From Promethearchaeota archaeon (GTDB lineage: Archaea; Asgardarchaeota; Lokiarchaeia; Sigyniarchaeales; SOKP01): a DNA stretch of 64,000 nt. The stretch lies in the NCBI GenBank assembly GCA_016839555.1, contig JAEOUA010000010.1, positions 64,001 to 128,000 on the forward strand. The letters are read 5' to 3'. The notes below the pieces were generated by a model, which ran no database searches, was not told the origin of the DNA, and worked only from the letters and a program-made list of their open reading frames with translations. This document shows, piece by piece, positions 10,491 to 20,008 of this stretch; position 1 is the stretch's first letter; the number at the start of each line of letters is the position of its first letter. The translations under genes were made by a program, and so were the position numbers.

Positions 10491-10631
10491 GTATTTTAAT
10501 TTCATCGTAAATCTATCCTAATTTATTGATAGCCGGTAATTAATATTTGTTGCGGTAGGTATCACAGAAAAAAAAAATATCTTCAAATTTTTTTACAACT
10601 TTATTTTTTATTTACCTAGGAGGTTACAATA

Positions 10632-10895
10632 TTGGGTAAAGTAAAATCATACGATAAAATTACACAACAAGCATTAAAGAATTTTGAAAACATTAAAGAA
10701 GCAATTAAAGGGATTTATGAACTAATCAGAATTAATTTCAATAAAGATCACATTTATTATAAGATTGGAGTAGATAATATTATCGCACTTTATACCAATA
10801 TAATTGAATTAGGGGCAAACGAATCTGGATTGAAGGAAATCATAGAAAAGTTTAAAAATTCTGAGTTAGAACTCGACATCCCACTTGATTTATAA
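10632..10895 (+). CDS. Hypothetical helical protein
   Basis: 87-aa ORF, TTG start preceded by GGAGGT SD. Confidence 0.7.
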   Translation: MGKVKSYDKITQQALKNFENIKEAIKGIYELIRINFNKDHIYYKIGVDNIIALYTNIIELGANESGLKEIIEKFKNSELELDIPLDL

Positions 10896-11103
10896 TTAAA
10901 GACAATTCATTTAAATTTCCTTCTTTAATTTTATCAAAAATAAACCTTATCTAATTATCAAATTCTAATTCTAAAAAGAAGATTTAAAAAAAAGTAATCT
11001 CTCTTCTATTTATACCATTATAATTTTATAAAGTAAAAATAATAATCTCTCTACGCAAGATTAGTAATAAATATAACTTTATATATAAAAAAGAATATAT
11101 AAT

Positions 11104-12120
11104 ATGCCGTCTCAAAAAAGCAAAGTTCTAATTCTAGGCTCACTTGCTTTTGACTATATTATGGGCTTCGATTCAAATTTCGTATACGCAACGAAAATAG
11201 ATAAATTGAAAGAGGAATACCAAAGCACGATAACAGCGAATAGCAGAAAACAACATTTTGGAGGAACCGCAGGAAACATTGCCTATAATATGGGGTTGCT
11301 AAATATTGGCTCCGTTTCATTGATAGGAAGCGTTGGAAAGGATTTTGAGAGCCTCGGCTATAAAGATCATATAACAGTTTTTGGGAATGTCGAATTGGGA
11401 ATTGATATCCATGAAGATGAATTTACTGCAGCATGTTATATAGTAAATGATGTGAAAGCAAATCAGATGATAATTTTCCATGGAGGGGCATTAGATAGGT
11501 GTAAAGAGCTCAATTTAAAAGATAAGATTGATGATCCGGAAAACTATATTTATGCAATCAATTCCACCCAAAGCGTTGAAGCGATGATCAATTTCACAGA
11601 TCAATTATATGACCTTCAAATTCCAATTATTTTTGATCCGGGACAAGTAACTCCACTCTTTCCAAAAGAAATGCTATTTGAAACTATTAAAAAATCGGCA
11701 ATAATAATAGGAAACAAATTTGAAATAGAGCAAATACAAGAAAAACTTGATATGTCCCAAGAGGATCTTATGTCATATCTTCAAGCAATTATTATCACTA
11801 AAAGTAAAGAAGGATCAGAATTAATTTATAAAAGTGATAATAGAATCTATCACTCTGAAATTCCGATTTCCACTCCAAATGAAATTATAGATACTACTGG
11901 TGCTGGTGATGGATATAGAGCCGGTATTTTATCAGGATTAATGTTAAATATGACATTACTCGATGCCTGTCGCCTTGGTTCCGTCGTTGCATCCTTTGTT
12001 GTTGAAACCGTAGGCGCACAGACACATCGTTATTCAATTAGTCAAGTAAGAAAAAGATTTTTTAAAACTTTTAATTATATTCCCACAGAATTGGAGGGAA
12101 TTAGGAATAAAAAAGCATAA
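11104..12120 (+). CDS. PfkB family kinase (nucleoside kinase-like)
   Basis: GSLAFD, GGTAGNIA, DPGQ and DTTGAGD anion hole. Confidence 0.9.
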   Translation: MPSQKSKVLILGSLAFDYIMGFDSNFVYATKIDKLKEEYQSTITANSRKQHFGGTAGNIAYNMGLLNIGSVSLIGSVGKDFESLGYKDHITVFGNVELGIDIHEDEFTAACYIVNDVKANQMIIFHGGALDRCKELNLKDKIDDPENYIYAINSTQSVEAMINFTDQLYDLQIPIIFDPGQVTPLFPKEMLFETIKKSAIIIGNKFEIEQIQEKLDMSQEDLMSYLQAIIITKSKEGSELIYKSDNRIYHSEIPISTPNEIIDTTGAGDGYRAGILSGLMLNMTLLDACRLGSVVASFVVETVGAQTHRYSISQVRKRFFKTFNYIPTELEGIRNKKA

Positions 12121-12259
12121 GTCAATCAATATTATCAATATACCAAACATTACTTTTTCCTATACTATTCAATATTAAAAATTCTCTTACATATGGTTAA
12201 ATGAGTTTTTAAAATTAAAAAAGAAAGCAAATAACAAGGAACAACTTAGAAATTGTAAA

Positions 12260-12892
12260 ATGTCCGAGGAAAAAGAATTCAGATTTAAATGTAAAAGATG
12301 TGGGAGTTGTTGTACTGATAAAAATACAATTGTGAATGTAACTTACAATGATATTTTAAGAATTAAAGAAGCCTTAGGTTTAAATCTAGATGAAATCAAT
12401 TTTATATTGAGCTTTTATATCTTTGAAAAAGAGCCAACAGAAGAAGATAAGAAAAAAATGGTCGTTTCCCCCGTGGAAACTGAGAGAGGTAAGGCGTTCG
12501 TCGGATTAAAAAAGACTCCTGATGGCAGTTGTTATTTTTATGATAAAAATCAGAAAAAATGTCGAATATATAAGGCTAGGCCCAATTTCTGTCGAACTTT
12601 TCCTTTTTCATTTAGAATATATGATAAGACGGCAAAAAAATTAGAAAAAATGATTGAAATCAAATATACTGAGAAAGCAAAACAATACTGTCAAGGAATT
12701 GGCGAAGAAGCTCCAATTATTAATAAAAAAAAGTGGCTTAAGTTGGGAAAAGTAACTTTGGAAGACTTAAATAAAAATTATTATATTATTCAAAAATGGA
12801 ATAAAGCTGTCCAGAATAAAGAGATGGAACCAAATGTTAGCAATTTCTTACGAATTATTTTAAATATCGAGGAAAAAAGAGAAAAAAATTAG
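12260..12892 (+). CDS. YkgJ family CxxCxxCC cysteine-cluster protein
   Basis: CKRCGSCC; C.FY...CRIYKARPNFCRTFPF; C-terminal CQG. Confidence 0.88.
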   Translation: MSEEKEFRFKCKRCGSCCTDKNTIVNVTYNDILRIKEALGLNLDEINFILSFYIFEKEPTEEDKKKMVVSPVETERGKAFVGLKKTPDGSCYFYDKNQKKCRIYKARPNFCRTFPFSFRIYDKTAKKLEKMIEIKYTEKAKQYCQGIGEEAPIINKKKWLKLGKVTLEDLNKNYYIIQKWNKAVQNKEMEPNVSNFLRIILNIEEKREKN

Positions 12893-12904
12893 CTTATTAA
12901 CCAT

Positions 12905-13987
12905 TTATTTTATTAACTCTTGATATTGAAGAATAGTTATTAAAACCCAAAAAAGCATTTTAAGCTCAACTTTTAATGATATAATATCTTCTTTCCAATA
13001 AAATTTCTTATTCTCCATATCGGAACTAAAAAAGGGAGTTGTATTAATAATGGTATCTAATAATTTAAAAACTAATTCCTTTTCTTCATCTGTTATATTG
13101 AGTATAGATATTATTAATAATAATTGAGAAACTTCTATAATAGTCAATTGATTTAAATCAAGATTACTAGTAAAGTTTTTCAATTTTTGAATATATTTTT
13201 CTCTCAACTCTTCTAATTCCCCATTTGGATTTAATAAAATTATACTACATAAAAAATAAAAAGTATCAGAAATAAGATTATAATTCTCTATTTTTGATAA
13301 TTCTAAATTAGATAATTTTTCTAATATTTCATCTTTTTGTAAATTTACCAATAAACCTCTCTTTTTCAAAATATTAACACTATTTAATATAAAATAATTA
13401 TTATATAACGCATTTGGGTTAAAATAACTTAATTCTAATTGAATATACTGTTTAATTGTTTGTAAATCGATAAATTCTATATTTTTAAAATTACTTATTT
13501 CTGATATAACTGATAAACCATAAAAAGTGTTAATGGGATCGGGAACTTGGGTATCAGGGGCAGTAAAAACTGTGTTATGAGTTTGATTTTTAATAATATC
13601 AAAAGCATTATCCATAAAATTCTTTACAAGGTCAACTTCAAGCATTTTTAATATTGAAATATAAAGAAACATGATTTCTAAATCAATATTTTTAAGAAAT
13701 TTGGTAATAGAGGTTATTAAATTTGATTTTTCAATAGAAATTTTATTTCTCACTTCAGTATTAATTGAAGGAAACTGTCCATAATAATCTAAAAAGGTTT
13801 TAGTAGTTGTTTTGAGTACTTTTTCAATGCTACTAATTGTTCCTATTTTATTTTTAAATGATTCTAATGAGATATTAATATCCTTTTTAAGAGAATCAAT
13901 GTTATCTTTTATTGATCTTCGTAATTTATTGATTTCTTCAAAGGTATTAGCTTTATTACTATTTTTTTGATTATTATCATCGCTCAT
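12905..13987 (-). CDS. Hypothetical all-helical protein (possible alpha/alpha-toroid repeats)
   Basis: 360-aa ORF; repeated (N/D)TFY helix motifs (PINTFYGL, SDTFYFL). Confidence 0.6.
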   Translation of the reverse strand: MSDDNNQKNSNKANTFEEINKLRRSIKDNIDSLKKDINISLESFKNKIGTISSIEKVLKTTTKTFLDYYGQFPSINTEVRNKISIEKSNLITSITKFLKNIDLEIMFLYISILKMLEVDLVKNFMDNAFDIIKNQTHNTVFTAPDTQVPDPINTFYGLSVISEISNFKNIEFIDLQTIKQYIQLELSYFNPNALYNNYFILNSVNILKKRGLLVNLQKDEILEKLSNLELSKIENYNLISDTFYFLCSIILLNPNGELEELREKYIQKLKNFTSNLDLNQLTIIEVSQLLLIISILNITDEEKELVFKLLDTIINTTPFFSSDMENKKFYWKEDIISLKVELKMLFWVLITILQYQELIK

Positions 13988-14173
13988 GAGTTTTCCTCTC
14001 TAATACTATATTAAGATTCTTTATTTATAGTTTTCTTAAAATAAATAATAACATTAAAATATTTTTAAATATATTCAATCGATTTCTAATAATAAAAATT
14101 AAGAGTATTATAAAAAAATTTATCAAACAAGTTTTTTCTATGAGAATTAATTGAGACTTTTTATAGAAGCGGA

Positions 14174-14992
14174 GTGAATTTATTATTATGTAATTCTTTT
14201 ATACAATTAGATCAGATAAATCCTATTCTAAATTCAAAAGATATGAAAAAATCGATACAGTACAAAAACTTAGCAAAAGATTATCACAACAAGCGAAGAC
14301 ATCCTTGGAAAGATTTTGAAAAATTTCTTAAAGAATTAATAGAAAAAGGCTTGGATATAAAGGGCACGGTAATTGATTTGGGATGTGCGAATGGTAGACA
14401 TTTCGATCTTATTACAAATTCAAGAAATAGGCTAATAGGTATTGATAACTCTATTGAATTTTTGAAAATTGCTAAAGAACAACTCCGAGTTAAAATTAAT
14501 AATGAATTGAAGAAAAATCAAATCCAAATCATTCAAGCAGATCTCAATTATTTGCCTATTCGTTCTACTTCAATAAATTCTATTTTTTCAATTGCTGCAA
14601 TACATCATTTAAAAACTAAAGAATTGAGAGCAAAGATTTTCTCGGAAATTTCTAAAGTCTTAAAGAATGGGGGATTTATTATTTTTACAGTATGGCGGAG
14701 ATGGCAAAAAAGATTTTATATACATTTTCTAAAAGATTGGATAAAGAGAAGATTTTACCCATCTTATAAAAAGAAACAAATTAAAAAGGAATTAAAAAAT
14801 TTTGGAGATATTTTCGTTCCATGGACCTTATCATCGGAGAATATAAAAATTAAACGATTTTATCATTTATACTCTTCACATGAATTGAAAAAAGTTTTAA
14901 AAGATTTCATAATTCAAAAATTTGAGAAAAGAGGAGGTCCTGGTGGAAAAGATAATTTTTTTGTATTCGCATCTAATAAAAATTATCAATAA
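14174..14992 (+). CDS. Class I SAM methyltransferase (Trm9/ALKBH8-like)
   Basis: DLGCANGRH motif I, SIAAIHHL...R, VW, D.FVPW and RFYHLY motifs; exact start uncertain. Confidence 0.8.
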   Translation: MNLLLCNSFIQLDQINPILNSKDMKKSIQYKNLAKDYHNKRRHPWKDFEKFLKELIEKGLDIKGTVIDLGCANGRHFDLITNSRNRLIGIDNSIEFLKIAKEQLRVKINNELKKNQIQIIQADLNYLPIRSTSINSIFSIAAIHHLKTKELRAKIFSEISKVLKNGGFIIFTVWRRWQKRFYIHFLKDWIKRRFYPSYKKKQIKKELKNFGDIFVPWTLSSENIKIKRFYHLYSSHELKKVLKDFIIQKFEKRGGPGGKDNFFVFASNKNYQ

Positions 14993-15025
14993 TACTTTTT
15001 ATGTGGTATATTTTAAAAGACATAA

Positions 15026-15526
15026 TTAATGACATTTGACAGATTTATAACATTCTATAATATAAGGCTTAAAATTTTGGTATAATTGCTCAATAATAGT
15101 AGAATGCAGAGAGAAGAAACGTTCTGACATATCACAATAAAACAAGCCATGTATCGCTTGTTCTTCATAATAATTACGATTAATTCTTTTTCTACGATTC
15201 CCAAACCAAAATGTAAACTCATGGCTTCGTACCCATGTATTCTCTTTATTAATTACTACCATATTTATTGAATTGTAAATATCAATCGATTTCTGAACTT
15301 CTTTATAATGAGCAAAATCCAATCTGCTTTTGGTTTCCCAACTGATTTCCATCTTGGCATTGGCTTTCCAATTCTCATCATATTCATTCGCAGAATGTAA
15401 AATTACTCTTCCTTCTTTCTCATTGCCTTCGATTTTCTTTTCTTTAAACCACACAGGCATTCTGTTTATAGTTATATTAAATTCAGGTCTTTCGTATACA
15501 TAATAAGTTTGTTGCATTAAAATCAT
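15026..15526 (-). CDS. Hypothetical protein, possible PsbP/Mog1-like fold
   Basis: P.WF near the N-terminus, beta-rich core, YC...R strand, terminal helix ending SVKCH. Confidence 0.5.
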   Translation of the reverse strand: MILMQQTYYVYERPEFNITINRMPVWFKEKKIEGNEKEGRVILHSANEYDENWKANAKMEISWETKSRLDFAHYKEVQKSIDIYNSINMVVINKENTWVRSHEFTFWFGNRRKRINRNYYEEQAIHGLFYCDMSERFFSLHSTIIEQLYQNFKPYIIECYKSVKCH

Positions 15527-15585
15527 TAAATTTATTTATTTTTTATATATATGATGAAAATTGAGAATTGATAAAGAAATCTCAA

Positions 15586-16164
15586 TTATTTTTCTAATAA
15601 CTTTTTACCTTCTTCAATCCAGTCCTTTATAGAAGCTTCGGAGGTACCACTTACCAGTTTTGCCAATTCTGATGGATTTTCTTTTATTAAATCATTCACT
15701 GAGTGTACTCCGAGGGCATTTAATTTTTCTTGCGTTTTAGGACCTAATCCATACAATTCCGTCAAAGGTATAATCTTTTCTTCTAGTTTCGTCTTCGGGA
15801 TTTTTTGCTTGATTATCTTTTCCTTCTCTGGTTTTTTCTTCTTTACAGGTTCTTTTTCTGGTATTTTTTTTTCGGAAACCAGCTTTTTTTTGGGTTTTTT
15901 TTCTTTAAATGGTGTTCCTTTCTTCTCCTTTTTCACAAATGGTTCTTTTTTTTCTTTTTTCTTTTTAGGAGGTTCTAATGTTTTTAATTGTTCTATATTT
16001 CTTTCGTGAGCAGATTTTCTAAAATAATCAATTTTAATATTTAATTCTTTTAGTAGCTGAACACTTTTCCCAGCCTTTTTAATTTCTGATATGGAAAATC
16101 CGTCTCCTTCTCTATAATGCTGGGTTCTAGATGGAGATTTTACCATTGCTATTTTTTCTTCCAT
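15586..16164 (-). CDS. rpl13e: 50S ribosomal protein L13e fused to a Lys-rich linker and a helix-hairpin-helix domain
   Basis: REGDGFSISEIKKAG...IDYFRKSAHERNIEQL matches the L13e core; C-terminal LYGLGPKT..KL...G HhH. Confidence 0.8.
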   Translation of the reverse strand: MEEKIAMVKSPSRTQHYREGDGFSISEIKKAGKSVQLLKELNIKIDYFRKSAHERNIEQLKTLEPPKKKKEKKEPFVKKEKKGTPFKEKKPKKKLVSEKKIPEKEPVKKKKPEKEKIIKQKIPKTKLEEKIIPLTELYGLGPKTQEKLNALGVHSVNDLIKENPSELAKLVSGTSEASIKDWIEEGKKLLEK

Positions 16165-16321
16165 AATTATACCCGCCTTAATTTTTTAATATTGAAAACA
16201 TATCAAAAGTTTTATTTTTTTCTATTTGGAGATTTTTTTATTTTAGTAATACAATTTGAAATGTATAAATTTAATAAAAAAAATATGAAGTTCTATTTTT
16301 TACTTATTTTCTCAACATTAA

Positions 16322-16963
16322 TTAGAAAGAGATAATTTCTTTCTCTTCCAATTTGTTAAGAATTTGGAGGATTTCAATTTTGCTTTTGTTGAATATTCGA
16401 GAAATATCTAACGGAGAATTTTTTCCATTACATTTTAATGCGATTAAATAATCAAGATCGTTAATAATACCCATGGAATGTATTTTTCTCAATATATTTT
16501 TAATTACAGATAATTTAGGGTAGTCTTCCGCTATTTTACCTCCCATAGTTATAATTTCTATATCATTTTTAAAAGTTTTAAATTTGCTTTTTTCGCTGGT
16601 CGTTCGAAATAATTTTATATCTGAATCATGTTTTTTCCAAAATCTATTTCCAATTTTATACGCAACGCTCTTTATTTTTTCAACATTATCTCCCGCATCA
16701 GAAATTGAACATATTAATACCCTCGATTGCTGGTGATAAAAAATAGTTATAATGGAACTTTCCGCTTCAATTATTCTAGTTTTTTCAAATTTTGTTTTTC
16801 CTTTTGCCATAGCTTTATGGATTGAGTCTATTGTTTTATTTATGGCATTGAAGAAATCTGGAAATACTTCTTTTTCTATTTTCTTATTTTGAAATTCTTT
16901 AAATGTGGTATCTAATATTGCAATACCATTATCAGCATCAATTAAATAGACTTTATAAATCAA
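16322..16963 (-). CDS. Longin-like domain plus C-terminal winged-helix protein
   Basis: MIYKVYLIDADNGIAI longin start, FFNAINK helix, RFWKKH...F..F; C-terminal CNGKNSPLDIS...ILNKLEEKEII wHTH. Confidence 0.6.
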   Translation of the reverse strand: MIYKVYLIDADNGIAILDTTFKEFQNKKIEKEVFPDFFNAINKTIDSIHKAMAKGKTKFEKTRIIEAESSIITIFYHQQSRVLICSISDAGDNVEKIKSVAYKIGNRFWKKHDSDIKLFRTTSEKSKFKTFKNDIEIITMGGKIAEDYPKLSVIKNILRKIHSMGIINDLDYLIALKCNGKNSPLDISRIFNKSKIEILQILNKLEEKEIISF

Positions 16964-17143
16964 TCCATCTTTCCCTAATTATTATAATTTCTTATAAAGA
17001 TAATAACAATTCATTCTTATAATTTAAACTCTCTCTTAAAAATAGAAATTTATATACTTCTTTTTGTATGATTAACAATTAGAATTTTAATTAATGGTGG
17101 TCTTGTCGGAGGTGATAGTTTTTTAATATTTTTAATTGCTTCA

Positions 17144-18553
17144 TCAAATATAAGTATTTACTAATTCCACCAAGTTATCGGATAAATCAGGTAAATTTTG
17201 TTCTATTTTATCAATACTTGTATCTATTTCCAAAAGCAAGAGTAAATAAAGAGTATATTTCTGAACCTTAATTCTTTTAAAAACCATCTTTTTTGAATCA
17301 TTTATAGATAGACTTACGATATAATCCTTTTTTAACAATTTAAACTCCTTAAAAGTTTTATAGAGCGTTTGGAAATGAGGAGCACTAATTTCAAAGACTT
17401 TCTCTTGCGTATCATCATGGGAATAATTGGATATGATGATACCATTTTCATTTAATAATAATATAGATTCTATTGAAGTTTTTTTTGCAAATTGTTTGAG
17501 TTGCTGGCGAAATAGTTCCCGATTGGGGCTTAATTGTCCCAACCCAAAAGAATACGCTACCATTAAGGACCATTGAGTGAAAACTGAAGTCTTAAATATC
17601 TTTACAAAAAATCTATCTGATAAATCTTTAATTTTTTCATACAAATACTGATAATGTTGGTTTGTTTCTTCAGAATTTTGTAAATCAGGATCATATTTAT
17701 TTAAACATACCACAATAGGAGGAAATTCATCAAAATCATTTAGAGATCTGATAACATTTCTATATAATGCTAATGATTGATCAAACCGTTTTTGGTCTTG
17801 AATATCTATGAAAAAAAATAATAGATCTATATTATATAAATAAAGTTTACTCTGTTCAAAATATTTATCTAAATACTTCTGCTGTCCACCTAGATCCCAA
17901 ATCATTATTTCGCTGTTCTTTTGAGAAATAAGTTCTTCCTCGCTTCTATTTACTCCCTTAGTTGGCATTGATTTAATTATTTCAGAGTACTTTTTTTTTA
18001 CTCCATATAAAAAACTGGTCTTACCGGCTTTGTCCAAACCTACAAATACGATTTTAATTTTTCGTTTTAAAGAAAAGGGATCTTTTAATTCAATAGTGAA
18101 TTCATTTAATTCTTCTTTTAACGCATCGATATATTGTTGATATTTTATTTTATCTAATGTTTCTTGAATCTTGGTTGCAGTCCTATCTATTATGACCCGT
18201 AAGTATTTCATATTTTCATATAAAAAATTCTTATTATCTTCATCTACAAGGATTGTTATAGTGGCTGCTTTCGCATTCCCTCGTGCTTTAGGATCGGGTA
18301 TTAAAAAGAAATAGGTTAGACCTGTTAACTTGAGATCAGGGAAAGGGATTACTCCAAAATAATTTATTCCATTTATTTCAGAAGAGTCTTGATATGTTGA
18401 ATCGCCCATTAATAGAGAAATTGTTTTCATAGAAATCAATAATCCTGCTCGCTTTTCTAATGATTTTGGCCAATATATTACTGGAATAGGACCATCACTG
18501 CCAAATTCGCTTAATACTATTGATTTAATTACCTGTCTATCAGATTTTTCCAT
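17144..18553 (-). CDS. FLCN/NPRL2-like longin + Rag/Arf-like GTPase + roadblock fusion (Arg-finger loop present)
   Basis: G1 GLDKAGKTS, G2 PTKG, G3 WDLGGQ, G4 NKYD, G5 KTSVF; Rag-like C-terminal roadblock; N-terminal SEF..GP and DPKARG; start probably MEKS (18553), track ORF begins 18601. Confidence 0.85.
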   Translation of the reverse strand: MEKSDRQVIKSIVLSEFGSDGPIPVIYWPKSLEKRAGLLISMKTISLLMGDSTYQDSSEINGINYFGVIPFPDLKLTGLTYFFLIPDPKARGNAKAATITILVDEDNKNFLYENMKYLRVIIDRTATKIQETLDKIKYQQYIDALKEELNEFTIELKDPFSLKRKIKIVFVGLDKAGKTSFLYGVKKKYSEIIKSMPTKGVNRSEEELISQKNSEIMIWDLGGQQKYLDKYFEQSKLYLYNIDLLFFFIDIQDQKRFDQSLALYRNVIRSLNDFDEFPPIVVCLNKYDPDLQNSEETNQHYQYLYEKIKDLSDRFFVKIFKTSVFTQWSLMVAYSFGLGQLSPNRELFRQQLKQFAKKTSIESILLLNENGIIISNYSHDDTQEKVFEISAPHFQTLYKTFKEFKLLKKDYIVSLSINDSKKMVFKRIKVQKYTLYLLLLLEIDTSIDKIEQNLPDLSDNLVELVNTYI

Positions 18554-18755
18554 AGTGATATTTTTTTGAAATGAGTTCTTACATAATAAAAAAAAAATCA
18601 TTATTTTTAATTATATTGGTAAAAAATATGGGATTTCTGAATAAACCATAAATGTAGCTTTTACGATAAAATTACTTAAATTAATTTATTTGGGTTAGAG
18701 ATGTTTTTACCGCTTAATAGTATATCTATACCCTATCTTTGTTTATAAATACTTA

Positions 18756-19577
18756 TTGTTTTCTTTTATTATTATGTTTAAACTTAATTCAAGAGAAAAA
18801 ATACAATTATTTTTCCGAGAATTATTTCAAGTATTAAAAAGTATAAAAAAAAACTGGAATACCCCATGGATTGAAATTCCTACTATATCGTTTTTTAATA
18901 ATTTAAATGTTCATGAAATTAACGAGTTCATTCACTATTTTAATTTTTTAAAGAAAGAAGCTTTCAATTGTATATCAATCAATAAAATTGAATTTATTAT
19001 CGAATCAATGGCAATTTTAAATTATGATATTAAAGTATACTCAGAAATAATAGATTATCATGGATTCGAATTATTAATAAAGAAGATCCTTTGCAGAAAT
19101 GGATATTATGTTATTAATAATTTTTATTTTTCAGATAATTCTCCTTTAAAAGCCCAAAACGGTCAAAAACGTTATGAGATTGATATAGTGGGCTTAAAAA
19201 AAGATATACTCCTTATAATAGATGCAAAACAATGGTTTAAGAGAAGTCCTTCCCAAGCGATTAGTAATGCAGCAAATCTTCAATACCAAAGAGGTTTAGC
19301 ACTCATTCAGAATCCAGAAATTTTAAATGAATTATTATCAAAATTACTTAACTCCTTTAAACATAAGAAAAAAAAGCCTGTGAAAAGATATGGTTTATTA
19401 AAATTAGTTCCATTAATGGTGACCTTAGAGGAAAATTTCATGAAATTAAATGAAAACCATGTTCCTCTTGTTTGTATTAATAGATTAAATTCTTTTTTAA
19501 ATGAATTAGGAATTACTTTAGATAAGTTTCATTACCTAATATTTAATAATTTCTCCCCCAAACCTATAAATTATTGA
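18756..19577 (+). CDS. PD-(D/E)XK nuclease (Mrr/NERD-like)
   Basis: FE..I..IL...GY and EIDIVG...IIDAKQW motifs. Confidence 0.7.
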   Translation: MFSFIIMFKLNSREKIQLFFRELFQVLKSIKKNWNTPWIEIPTISFFNNLNVHEINEFIHYFNFLKKEAFNCISINKIEFIIESMAILNYDIKVYSEIIDYHGFELLIKKILCRNGYYVINNFYFSDNSPLKAQNGQKRYEIDIVGLKKDILLIIDAKQWFKRSPSQAISNAANLQYQRGLALIQNPEILNELLSKLLNSFKHKKKKPVKRYGLLKLVPLMVTLEENFMKLNENHVPLVCINRLNSFLNELGITLDKFHYLIFNNFSPKPINY

Positions 19578-19768
19578 TAAGTTTTTCAAAGTTTTATGTT
19601 TAATTATTAAGTCTCATAAAATCATCTTATTATAATTAAAAAATTAAAGAAAGACCTAGTAATCTTATATAGATTAAGAATAAGTTTTAAAATGAAAAAA
19701 CTAATTAAGATTCAAAAATAACTAAGTATGGTTATCTATTACTTAATTAATATCTTTTAAAATGCTTT

Positions 19769-20008
19769 ATGGTCGGTAAAATTAAAATTGAGGAAGAATA
19801 CTGCAAAGGTTGTGGCTATTGCGTCGAAATATGTTCAAAAGAAGTATTAAAACAAAATAATAAAATAAATAGCAGAGGGTATATTCTTCCTGAAGTTATT
19901 AATGAAAAGGATTGTATTTTTTGTAAAAAATGTGAATTAATTTGTCCAGAGATGGCGATAAGTATTATAAAGGTGGATTTCCCCGAAAATGAAAGAAATT
20001 CAAGTTGA
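19769..20008 (+). CDS. korD: 2-oxoacid:ferredoxin oxidoreductase delta subunit (2x[4Fe-4S])
   Basis: Two CxxCxxCxxxC motifs; first gene of the kor operon. Confidence 0.88.
   Translation: MVGKIKIEEEYCKGCGYCVEICSKEVLKQNNKINSRGYILPEVINEKDCIFCKKCELICPEMAISIIKVDFPENERNSS

Noticed and set aside
18756-19577. Restriction-modification or defence island
   Set aside because: Lone PD-(D/E)XK gene with no DNA methylase or other defence genes nearby
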